A stretch of 64,000 nucleotides of DNA, taken from the NCBI GenBank assembly GCA_017941235.1, contig JAGAWU010000049.1:2497-66496 (forward strand), given 5' to 3'. The notes beneath the pieces are model-generated. The model was not told where the DNA came from. It made no database searches and worked only from the letters and a program-made list of their open reading frames with translations. This document shows positions 28,050-36,821 of the stretch, one piece after another; position 1 is the first letter of the stretch, and the number at the start of each line of letters is the position of its first letter. Source of the DNA: Bacilli bacterium (GTDB lineage Bacteria > Bacillota_I > Bacilli_A > RF39 > UBA660). A program made the position numbers and the translations under genes.

Positions 28050-29030
28050 TTAGTTTTCTGATTCTTCTAACATAGTAGTTACAAATATACCATATCCTTT
28101 TTTAGTATCGTTTACAATAACATGTGTTACAGCTCCTACAATTAAATTATTTTGAATGATTGGAGAACCACTCATTCCTTGTACTATCCCACCAGCGCTG
28201 TTTATTAGAGTTTTGTCTGTTACTTCAAATAATATATTTTTAGTATCACTATTTTTATTTATTTTAATAATATTTATAGAGTATTCTTTTATCTCATTAT
28301 TATTAACTACTGTTCTAATAATAGCAGGTCCTTCTTTTATATCATCTCTTGTTCCAACTTTTAATTTATCTTTTTCTGGTAAATTATCTATGTAATCTCC
28401 AAATATACCTGATTCTTCATTTTCTTTTATTCTTCCATATACTTTTTCCTTATCGTATATAGCACTTTTTTCTCCTGCAGAACCATTTTCACTTCTTTCT
28501 ATTCCTGTTACATCAGACTTAAAAATTTCTCCATCTTTTATTTCAAATTTTTCTTTTGTTGTTTTCTCTAATATTTCATGTCCTAGTGCGCCAAACTTTC
28601 TTGTTCCCGGATCTATAAAAGTAAGTGTTCCTATACCAATTACTTTATCTTTTACATATAATCCAGTTTTTATTGTATTTTCTTCTTTTATTTTATTTTG
28701 TTTAATATTTTTTTCTTCGCTATTTCTTATTATTGTATATTCGATTGTATCATTATTTGATTTGTCTACTATTTCTACCATGTTATCTATGTTATTTACT
28801 TTCTCATTATTTATTTTTATTATTCTATCTCCAATTTCAAATCCATTCTCTTTAGCAATATATTCATTATTAACTTTATAAAAACCAACTACTAGTACAC
28901 CATTAGAAGATACTTCTATTCCTATATTTTCTCCTCCGGGTATTATATATTCTGAATATCCTAAAACATTTAAGGGAATAAATAATAGTATAAATAAAAA
29001 AAGTTTTAAATATAGTTTATTTCTTTTCAT
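28050..29030 (-). CDS. spoIVB: SpoIVB-type sporulation signalling serine peptidase (S55) with a PDZ domain
   Basis: Signal anchor, PDZ-like GFEIGDRIIKINNEKV, GTLTFIDPGTRKFGALGH and GMSGSPII catalytic motifs. Confidence 0.85.
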   Translation of the reverse strand: MKRNKLYLKLFLFILLFIPLNVLGYSEYIIPGGENIGIEVSSNGVLVVGFYKVNNEYIAKENGFEIGDRIIKINNEKVNNIDNMVEIVDKSNNDTIEYTIIRNSEEKNIKQNKIKEENTIKTGLYVKDKVIGIGTLTFIDPGTRKFGALGHEILEKTTKEKFEIKDGEIFKSDVTGIERSENGSAGEKSAIYDKEKVYGRIKENEESGIFGDYIDNLPEKDKLKVGTRDDIKEGPAIIRTVVNNNEIKEYSINIIKINKNSDTKNILFEVTDKTLINSAGGIVQGMSGSPIIQNNLIVGAVTHVIVNDTKKGYGIFVTTMLEESEN

Positions 29031-29167
29031 ATCATCTCCTCCTAAACAAACTACACTATTAATATGAACAAATATTTTTATTAAACAATAGTAATAAATT
29101 TCCTATTTAAAAATATCTTGTAAAATAAAGAGAAAAAAGTTATAATAAGTCCTAATTGGAGGAGAGT

Positions 29168-30025
29168 ATGGATTTATTAATAGTTTTTTCTTATATACTT
29201 TTTAGCATGTTGTTGTTTTTAATAGTTAAATATTTAAATAAAAAATTCAAATTAAATTTATATGAATATATATTTATACCTTTGATATATATAATTATTG
29301 TTTCCATGTTTTTTAAATTTAATCATTATATATTTTTGGTTTCACTATTTTTAATGTTTATTGATATTATTTATACTATTTATGTAAAAGAAACTAATTT
29401 TTTTAGTAATGGTTCAATTATTAAGATGTATATTGTTATTGTAATTAGTTCTTATTTAATTAATAGATATTTAATTGACACTAGTATTATTTATTTAGAT
29501 AAACCTACGTTGAAAATAATTGTTTGGATATTTATTATATATTTTATTTATCAATTTATAAAAAATAAAAATATTAGTTATAAGAGTCCTGAATTAAAAT
29601 CTATTTCAGATGAAGAATTTGATAAAAACTATATTATTTTAAGTTATACTAAGTTTAAAATTAAATATAGAAACATAATAGAACAACACAGTGATATTTC
29701 TAATATTATTTATGCTGGACTTGTATATTATAATAATATTAGGCCAGAATATTTGAGAAGAGTAGATTACTTTAAGTTTAGACTTAATAATAGAAGAAGA
29801 CCACTTGGTATAATGCAGATAGATAGTGATAGATTTATAACTGATACTGAGTCAATTTTAATAGCTATTTCAGAAATAGAGAAGATTTATAGCAGATTAA
29901 AAAATAAAAAGACTGCTAAGACTATTAAGAAAGAAGATATTAATTATAAAGTAATTAAAAGCTATTATAAAAATTATGATTCTAATAAAATAATTGAGAT
30001 TTATGATGAAATATGTAAGTTTTGA
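29168..30025 (+). CDS. Membrane protein with a soluble C-terminal domain (weak SLT-like GIMQI motif)
   Basis: ATG 29168 follows GGAGGAG. Four or five N-terminal hydrophobic helices. The C-terminal ...RRPLGIMQIDS... only loosely resembles lytic transglycosylases. Confidence 0.5.
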   Translation: MDLLIVFSYILFSMLLFLIVKYLNKKFKLNLYEYIFIPLIYIIIVSMFFKFNHYIFLVSLFLMFIDIIYTIYVKETNFFSNGSIIKMYIVIVISSYLINRYLIDTSIIYLDKPTLKIIVWIFIIYFIYQFIKNKNISYKSPELKSISDEEFDKNYIILSYTKFKIKYRNIIEQHSDISNIIYAGLVYYNNIRPEYLRRVDYFKFRLNNRRRPLGIMQIDSDRFITDTESILIAISEIEKIYSRLKNKKTAKTIKKEDINYKVIKSYYKNYDSNKIIEIYDEICKF

Positions 30026-30093
30026 TATTTCATCTTTTTATTTATTAAAAAACATGTTATTCTTTATTATATAAGTTTTAAGGGGATGCTTTT

Positions 30094-30894
30094 ATGAAAA
30101 AGGTATATGTAGAAATTACTAATACATGCAATTTAAATTGTTCTTTCTGTATAAAAAATACTAGGAAAGAAATGTTTATGGATATAGATAATTTTAATAT
30201 TATTTTGAATAAAATTAAACCTTATACAGATTATCTTTATTTGCATGTGTTAGGTGAACCTTTTATGCATCCTAAAATAAATGATTTCATTGAACTTGCA
30301 AGCCAGAATTTTTTTGTTAATATTACTACTAATGGATACTTAATAAATAGACTTAAGACTTCTAATGTTAGACAAATTAATATTTCACTTCATAGTTTTT
30401 CACCTAAGTATAATATTGGTTTAGATGATTATTTGAATAATATATTTTCTGTAGTAGATAGACTTGAGGATACATTTATATCTTATCGATTTTGGGTTAA
30501 TAACGAATATAGTGAGTTAATCTTAAGCAAACTAAATGAACATTATAATACTAATTTTAACATTAAGGATTTAAAACTTTCTAATAAACTTTCTGATAAA
30601 GTTTTTATAAATACGTTTAAAGAGTTTGAGTGGCCATCTTTTGATAATAGTTTAAATAATAAGTGTGGTACTTGTTATGCTATTAGGAATCATATTGGTA
30701 TTCTTTGTGATGGGACTATTGTTCCTTGTTGTTTAGATTCTAAGGGTGATTTAAGTCTTGGAAATATTTTTGAAGATAGTATTGATGATGCGATAAAAAG
30801 TAATAAGGCTATTAATATGCTTAATGGTTTTAAAAATAATATTAAAGTAGAGAAATTATGTCAGAAATGTAATTTTATTGACCTTGATAAATAA
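30094..30894 (+). CDS. Radical SAM enzyme with a C-terminal SPASM-type Cys cluster
   Basis: CNLNCSFC (CxxxCxxC) at residues 12-19. C-terminal CGTC...CDGTIVPCC...CQKC. Confidence 0.8.
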   Translation: MKKVYVEITNTCNLNCSFCIKNTRKEMFMDIDNFNIILNKIKPYTDYLYLHVLGEPFMHPKINDFIELASQNFFVNITTNGYLINRLKTSNVRQINISLHSFSPKYNIGLDDYLNNIFSVVDRLEDTFISYRFWVNNEYSELILSKLNEHYNTNFNIKDLKLSNKLSDKVFINTFKEFEWPSFDNSLNNKCGTCYAIRNHIGILCDGTIVPCCLDSKGDLSLGNIFEDSIDDAIKSNKAINMLNGFKNNIKVEKLCQKCNFIDLDK

Positions 30895-30932
30895 TTATTT
30901 AAATTATATAATTTTTATAGTGGAGGGTGTTT

Positions 30933-31904
30933 ATGATTGATATTATAATTGCTGCTTATAATGCACATAATACTATAGAAAAAGCTTTAAATAGTATTAT
31001 TATGCAGAATATTTCAGATATGGTTAATGTCTATATTATTAATGATAAATCTGATACAGATTATTCTGATGTGATAGAAAAATATAGTAAGTATTTAAAT
31101 GTTATTGAATTAACATATGGTGAGAATAAAGGACCTGGTTTTGCTAGAAATTATGGTATTGATCATTCTTCTTCTCAATATATTGTTTTTTTAGATAGTG
31201 ATGATATATTTAGTACTCCTTATGCACTTGAATCTTTATATAAAAGAATTAATAATAGTTCATATGACGTTGTTATAAGTAATTTTTTAGAAGAAGTAGG
31301 GGATGATAGATATATCCCACATTTTAATGATAATATTTGGGATCATGGAAAAATATATAGAAGAAGTTATATACAAGATAATAATATACGTTTTACTGAT
31401 GAAAGATCTAATGAAGACTTATTTTTTAATTTTCTTATTATTTTAACTGGTGCTAAAGTTTCATATATAGATAATATTACATATATTTGGCAAAATAATA
31501 ATGATTCTATTACTAGAAAGAATAATCATGAGTTCTCGTATAAAGGGATAGAAGGTTATATTCGAAATATTTATAATCTTTCTCTTTCATTAGAAGAACG
31601 AAATGCTCCTAAAAGCAATATAGCAAAAGTACTTTTCTTTGCTCTTCTTCAAATGTATTATACATATTTGTTTTTTGATAGGGATAATAAAATAGAAGCT
31701 ATTGATATATTGATGAGTAGTACTAAACAGGTTGCTGCTAGATATACTTTATTTAAAGATTTTCTTTCTTTAGATGATGAAAATGAAATTATAAATAAAG
31801 AAATTTCTAAATATACTAATAGTATATCTTTATCATTAGTTACTCTTCCCAATATAACTTTTAATCAGTTTTTAAGTGAGGTTTCAAATTATGGAAAAAA
31901 ATAA
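30933..31904 (+). CDS. Family 2 glycosyltransferase
   Basis: IIIAAYNAHNTIEKAL...GPGFARNYG...FLDSDD (DxD) motifs. ATG 30933 follows GGAGGG. Confidence 0.8.
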   Translation: MIDIIIAAYNAHNTIEKALNSIIMQNISDMVNVYIINDKSDTDYSDVIEKYSKYLNVIELTYGENKGPGFARNYGIDHSSSQYIVFLDSDDIFSTPYALESLYKRINNSSYDVVISNFLEEVGDDRYIPHFNDNIWDHGKIYRRSYIQDNNIRFTDERSNEDLFFNFLIILTGAKVSYIDNITYIWQNNNDSITRKNNHEFSYKGIEGYIRNIYNLSLSLEERNAPKSNIAKVLFFALLQMYYTYLFFDRDNKIEAIDILMSSTKQVAARYTLFKDFLSLDDENEIINKEISKYTNSISLSLVTLPNITFNQFLSEVSNYGKK

Positions 31905-32763
31905 ATTTACAGTAGATGTTATAATAGCAGCTTATAATTCTCATGAGTCAATAATTAAAGCACTAGCTAGTTTATCTATTCAAAAAATTAATTTTCCTCT
32001 TAACATAATAGTTGTTGATGATGGTTCTAAATGTGATTATAAGAATGAAATTGATTTTTTTAAAAGTACATTAAATGTAAAAGAAGTAAAACTTTCTAAA
32101 AACAGTGGGGCAGGCGTTGCTAAACAATTTGGACTTGATAATAGTAATGGGGATTTTGTTTTATTCTTGGATAGTGATGATGTACTTTTTGATTCACACT
32201 CACTTCAGGGACTTTATAATCTTGTTTCTGATGGAGATTGTGATTATGCTTATGGAGCAGTTATATTTGAAGAAGATGGATTTAGGAATATTTTAAGGGG
32301 ACATGATGGATGTTTACATGGTAAACTTTATAGTAGAAATTTAATTCAAAATAATAGTATTAAGTTTAATACAACTAGAACTAGTGAAGATAATAGTTTT
32401 AATCATTTGTGTTTATTTAACGCTAAAAATATTAGAAATACTCAAGATGTAGTATATATATATAAAGATAATAAAAATACCCTTACTAAAGGAATTAGTG
32501 TTTCTAAAGAAATAGATAATTTGATTGATTATATAGATAATATTTTTTATACAGTAGATAATTTGGATGATAAAACTAATATTGATGTTTTAAAATATTA
32601 TGTTTTTTGTGTTAATTATGCTGAAAGACAGTATAGAAAAATTGCTGAAACTAATCCTGAAGAAGCAAATAGAATAATTGATAAACTAAAAGAACTAAAG
32701 GATAAAACTTTCTATTATTCTGATTCTTTATTAAATGAAGTAAAGTCTATGATGCAATTTTAA
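31891..32763 (+). CDS. Family 2 glycosyltransferase (paralogue of the previous gene)
   Basis: VIIAAYNSHESI..., VVDDGS, GAGVAKQFG, FLDSDD. Its start overlaps the upstream GT2 stop. Confidence 0.8.
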   Translation: MEKNKFTVDVIIAAYNSHESIIKALASLSIQKINFPLNIIVVDDGSKCDYKNEIDFFKSTLNVKEVKLSKNSGAGVAKQFGLDNSNGDFVLFLDSDDVLFDSHSLQGLYNLVSDGDCDYAYGAVIFEEDGFRNILRGHDGCLHGKLYSRNLIQNNSIKFNTTRTSEDNSFNHLCLFNAKNIRNTQDVVYIYKDNKNTLTKGISVSKEIDNLIDYIDNIFYTVDNLDDKTNIDVLKYYVFCVNYAERQYRKIAETNPEEANRIIDKLKELKDKTFYYSDSLLNEVKSMMQF

Positions 32764-32792
32764 AAGTTATATATGTATAAAATATTAATATT

Positions 32793-32817
32793 CCTTCAAT
32801 ATTATAAATATTGGAGG
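32793..32817 (+). promoter_or_regulatory. 5'UTR hairpin that includes the Shine-Dalgarno sequence of the DUF421 gene
   Basis: CCTTCAATAT (32793-32802) pairs with ATATTGGAGG (32808-32817) over 10 bp with one G-U. The GGAGG lies 7 nt before ATG 32825. Confidence 0.5.
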
Positions 32818-32824
32818 TCTTTTT

Positions 32825-33544
32825 ATGAAAATAGATATTTTAGATATGTTTAATGTAGTTCCTAGATGTTTGGGATCAATATTTTTTTTGTTTATTATCT
32901 CTAAATTTATGGGGAAGAAGCAAGTTTCACAGTTTAGCTTATATGATTATGTAATTAGTATTTCAATTGGTAATTTTACTGCTGAAATGACTTTAAATAA
33001 AGATGTACAATATGTTAATGGAATGATGGCTATATTTACATTTGGAGTTCTTTCTTTTTTGATATCAAAACTCTTAAATAAAAGTATTAAGTTAAGAAGA
33101 ATAATAATTGGTACTCCTACTGTACTTATTGATAGAGGAAAGATAATAGAATCTGGATTAAAAAGAGTAAATATAGATGTAAATGACTTACTTGAAGATG
33201 CTAGAATAGAAGGGTATTTTAATATAGATGAGGTAGAATTTGCAATAATGGAAGCTAATGGTAATATAAGTTTTTTACCTAAAGATAAATATAGAATGAC
33301 TAATATAAGTGATTTAGGTATTAAAGATAAAGAAACTTATTTAACATCTAATTTAATAGTTAATGGTAAATATATGGATGAAGCTATTAAAAATAGTAGA
33401 ATTACAAAAAAACAATTAGAGAAAAGAATAAAAAAAATGAATCTAAATAATATAGATTCAATACTTCTTTGCACTATTAATAATAATGATTTAAAGTTCT
33501 ACTTTAAAGATGAAAAAGTAATTAATTATTCATTATTAGAATAA
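32825..33544 (+). CDS. DUF421 (YetF/YdfS-like) membrane protein
   Basis: GKKQVSQFSLYDYVISISIGN..., then ...IDRGKIIESGLKRVNIDVNDLLEDAR..., typical of DUF421. Confidence 0.75.
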   Translation: MKIDILDMFNVVPRCLGSIFFLFIISKFMGKKQVSQFSLYDYVISISIGNFTAEMTLNKDVQYVNGMMAIFTFGVLSFLISKLLNKSIKLRRIIIGTPTVLIDRGKIIESGLKRVNIDVNDLLEDARIEGYFNIDEVEFAIMEANGNISFLPKDKYRMTNISDLGIKDKETYLTSNLIVNGKYMDEAIKNSRITKKQLEKRIKKMNLNNIDSILLCTINNNDLKFYFKDEKVINYSLLE

Positions 33545-33637
33545 TTATACAAAATAGAATATTAAAACTCCAAAAAAACTAAGTACCATTACTAATGTTG
33601 AAACTATAGAAATAATTTTAATAGTCTTCTTACTCAT
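33545..33637 (-). CDS. Candidate 30-aa membrane peptide (below the ORF-track size cutoff)
   Basis: Minus strand: AGAGGTGA, 5 nt, then ATG. Translation MSKKTIKIISIVSTLVMVLSFFGVLIFYFV followed by a stop. A TATAAT-like box lies about 25 nt upstream. Confidence 0.4.
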   Translation of the reverse strand: MSKKTIKIISIVSTLVMVLSFFGVLIFYFV

Positions 33638-33739
33638 CTTTATCACCTCTAATAATATTATAAAATATTTGTCTGAAAAAGTAAATTATATTAATAAATA
33701 AAACATTATTATACTTAATATAATTAAATGGTGATAATA

Positions 33740-34342
33740 ATGATTAAAGAATTAAATAAATACAAAGGTCTTAGCAGAAGAAAAATATTTATTATATTAT
33801 TAGTTATATGTATAATAAGCTTTATCTTTGGAATACTTTTTTTAGCACTTTTAGATAAAAATGGAAAAAGTATAGTTGTTTCTACTATTAATAATTATAT
33901 AAATAATTTAAATTATAATAAAAAAGACTTATTTTTACTTTTTAAAAACAATGTTTTAATTACAATAATTATGTTTCTTTTTGGAGTAAGTTTATTTGGT
34001 GTTATATTTGAAATACTATTTTTAATTGCTAAAAGTTTTGTACTTGGATTTTCAATAAGTAGTTTTATTTATACTTTTAAAGTTAAAGGTATTCTTATTG
34101 GACTTATTTATTTGTTTCCTAATATTTTTAATCTTTTTATATACTTTATATTAGGTTTTTTTGCACTCAATTATTCTATTTATTTATATAAGTATTTATT
34201 TAAAAACAAAGAGTATAATTTAAAATCATTAATGAAGAAATACTTAAAAGTATTAGGTGTTTCTATTATTTTACTTTCTTTAAGTAGTTTAATTCAATAT
34301 TTTATTATTCCATATATATTAAAACTTTTTACAAATAGTTAA
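33740..34342 (+). CDS. spoIIM: Stage II sporulation protein M
   Basis: About 200-aa polytopic protein with LFKNNVLITIIMFLFG...GF, characteristic of SpoIIM. The ATG follows GGTGA. Confidence 0.7.
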   Translation: MIKELNKYKGLSRRKIFIILLVICIISFIFGILFLALLDKNGKSIVVSTINNYINNLNYNKKDLFLLFKNNVLITIIMFLFGVSLFGVIFEILFLIAKSFVLGFSISSFIYTFKVKGILIGLIYLFPNIFNLFIYFILGFFALNYSIYLYKYLFKNKEYNLKSLMKKYLKVLGVSIILLSLSSLIQYFIIPYILKLFTNS

Positions 34343-34372
34343 AACTGGTTTATAATATAGTTGGTGATTTTT

Positions 34373-35485
34373 ATGAATAAAAAGACTGTAGTAGTTGGGA
34401 TGAGTGGGGGAGTTGACTCTAGCGTTTCAGCTATATTATTAAAAGAACAAGGATATAATGTTATTGGACTTTTTATGAGAAATTGGGATAGTAGTATTAA
34501 TAATGATTTTTTGGGTAATCCTAATTTAGATAATAATATATGTCCTCAGGAACAAGATTATAATGATGCTTTAGAAGTTTGTAAACAAATTGGTATTCCT
34601 CTTCATAGAGTGGATTTTGTTAAGGAATATTGGGATTTTGTTTTTAAATACTTTTTAGATGAACTTAAGAAAGGTAGAACTCCTAATCCTGATATTATGT
34701 GCAACAAATATATTAAATTTGACTGTTTTGTGCGTGAAGCTGAAAAATTAGGTGCTGACTATATAGCTACTGGTCATTATGCTAAGATGGAAGATGGATA
34801 TTTGAAGAGAAGTCATGATCAAAATAAAGATCAAACTTACTTTTTATCACAATTATCTAAAAAACAGCTTTCTAACGTTATTTTTCCTTTAGGTGATATA
34901 GATAAACCTGAGGTTAGAAAAATAGCTTTAGAACATGGTTTATTGACTGCTAAAAAGAAAGATTCTACTGGTATATGTTTTATCGGTGAAAGAAACTTTA
35001 AAAACTTCTTAAAGAATTATTTACCTAATCAAGAGGGAGATATTATTAATATTGAAACTAATGAAAAATTAGGTAAACATATTGGACTTATGTATTATAC
35101 TATTGGTCAAAGAAAGGGACTTGAAGTTGGTGGTACTAAAGATAAACTATTTGTTGTTGGAAAAGATTTAAATAAAAATGTTTTATATGTATGTGAAGGT
35201 GAAGATAATAAGTATTTACTTTCTGATAGTTGTATTATAGAAGATGTTAACTTTAATTGTGATTTAAGACCTACTGAAGTTACTTGTAAGTTTAGATATA
35301 GACAAGAAGATAATCCTGCAACTTTAGAGTATTTGGATGATGGAAATATACTTGTTAAATATTCAGATGTTAAGAGCGTTACTCCTGGACAAGCTTGTGT
35401 TTTATATTCAGATGATATATGTCTTGGTGGTGGAATTATTAAAGAGGTTAGAAAAGATAATAAGAAATTATGGTATTTATTATAA
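34373..35485 (+). CDS. mnmA: tRNA 2-thiouridine(34) synthase MnmA
   Basis: VVVGMSGGVDSSVSA PP-loop, ...TPNPDIMCNKYIKF..., ATGHYA, KDQTYFL, DSTGICFIGE. Confidence 0.9.
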   Translation: MNKKTVVVGMSGGVDSSVSAILLKEQGYNVIGLFMRNWDSSINNDFLGNPNLDNNICPQEQDYNDALEVCKQIGIPLHRVDFVKEYWDFVFKYFLDELKKGRTPNPDIMCNKYIKFDCFVREAEKLGADYIATGHYAKMEDGYLKRSHDQNKDQTYFLSQLSKKQLSNVIFPLGDIDKPEVRKIALEHGLLTAKKKDSTGICFIGERNFKNFLKNYLPNQEGDIINIETNEKLGKHIGLMYYTIGQRKGLEVGGTKDKLFVVGKDLNKNVLYVCEGEDNKYLLSDSCIIEDVNFNCDLRPTEVTCKFRYRQEDNPATLEYLDDGNILVKYSDVKSVTPGQACVLYSDDICLGGGIIKEVRKDNKKLWYLL

Positions 35486-35505
35486 TTAGTATTATTAATT
35501 AATTT

Positions 35506-35548
35506 ATGTCAATTTTACACTTGACATTCTATGTAAAACTGATAAAAT
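35506..35548 (+). promoter_or_regulatory. Promoter with an overlapping inverted repeat (putative operator) of the HTH gene
   Basis: TTGACA (35521-35526), 16-nt spacer, TAAAAT (35543-35548). ATGTCAA (35506-35512) / TTGACAT (35521-35527) and TTTTACA (35513-35519) / TGTAAAA (35532-35538) are inverted repeats. Confidence 0.5.
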
Positions 35549-35569
35549 TAATTTAGGAGGGTAGTAATC

Positions 35570-36337
35570 ATGCAAGAGTTATACACGTTAATTAATCAAT
35601 TAGGTATTTCAAAAGTTAGATTAGCAAAATATTTAGGAGTTTCACGTCAAATGCTTTATAATTATTTAGCACTTCCAAGTGTTGATGAATGGCCTAAGGA
35701 AAAGGCTGCTAAGCTTTTTGCACTATTAAAAATTGAAGATAGTAAAGAAATTAAAGATATTAAAGTAGATGGAACTTATATTATTGCTGTTGAAAATAGA
35801 TTATCTAATAATACTAAAGAGTCTTCTAGTCGTGAATTATCTGCAGATTTAAAGGGCTTTAACAAAAAAGAACAAGAAGTTTTAGCTGATATTATCAATT
35901 TATTAAAAGAAAAATTACAAGATGATAAAACAAAGGAAACATATTTTAGTTATGTATATTTATATCATTTTTTACAATCGATGGATGCTGCAGGTGAACT
36001 TAAATATATGCTTGCATATATGTCTAAATCATTAGGATTTACTAATCCTCAAGAATTTGTTTTTGATAAAGATAAACAGTTTGTTTTTGAAAGTATTATG
36101 TTCTCTGCTATGACACTTTATAGTGGGGGAGGATCTTCTAAGACTAAATTAGCTGAAGCTCATAAGAGATTCGTAGAGGATATTGAACATAAGAAAGAAG
36201 AAAAACTATCTAGAACACAAGAATTAAATACAGCTAAAATTCAAGCTTTAAAAGAACTTGGATATAGTGAAATTAATGAAAAGAATGCTAAAGAAGTTTT
36301 AGAAAAGATTGCTGAAATTCAATCTAGAAAAGTTTAA
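35570..36337 (+). CDS. Helix-turn-helix DNA-binding protein, family unknown (255 aa)
   Basis: N-terminal ...GISKVRLAKYLGVSRQMLYNYL... HTH. The rest is helical and charged. GGAGGG SD. Confidence 0.65.
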   Translation: MQELYTLINQLGISKVRLAKYLGVSRQMLYNYLALPSVDEWPKEKAAKLFALLKIEDSKEIKDIKVDGTYIIAVENRLSNNTKESSSRELSADLKGFNKKEQEVLADIINLLKEKLQDDKTKETYFSYVYLYHFLQSMDAAGELKYMLAYMSKSLGFTNPQEFVFDKDKQFVFESIMFSAMTLYSGGGSSKTKLAEAHKRFVEDIEHKKEEKLSRTQELNTAKIQALKELGYSEINEKNAKEVLEKIAEIQSRKV

Positions 36338-36350
36338 ATTTAGTAATTAT

Positions 36351-36378
36351 AAAGAAGGGGAGTTTTCCCTTCTTTTTA
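36351..36378 (+). terminator. Intrinsic terminator of the HTH gene
   Basis: AGAAGGG (36353-36359) / CCCTTCT (36367-36373) followed by TTTT. Confidence 0.75.
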
Positions 36379-36821
36379 TTATAATATAATATATTATATG
36401 ATTATTTAAATAATAAAATTTATAGTTGTAAATACTAGGACTAAGTGACTAAGTTTTTTTAATTGTATAAGTATATAAATTATAGAAATTAATTTAAATT
36501 AATGAATACTTATTTAATAAATTGATAATTCAATTTTATTGATTTATTTATACTTATTTATATTATATTTATTAGGTATAGATAGTAGTAGAATAGTTTA
36601 TATATATTACTTATATATTATATAATTAATTTATAGAAGTTAACATAATATCAATTATAGGAAATTATATATATGAATAAGTAATTAGGATTTATACTAT
36701 TAATACTTGTATTATTGCTAGTTTTTTTATTTCTAATTTATTAGTATTATTTATATTATATTGTTATACTTTTATTGTTTATTTAATTATGAATATTACT
36801 ATGATCTATTATTTATATGAT

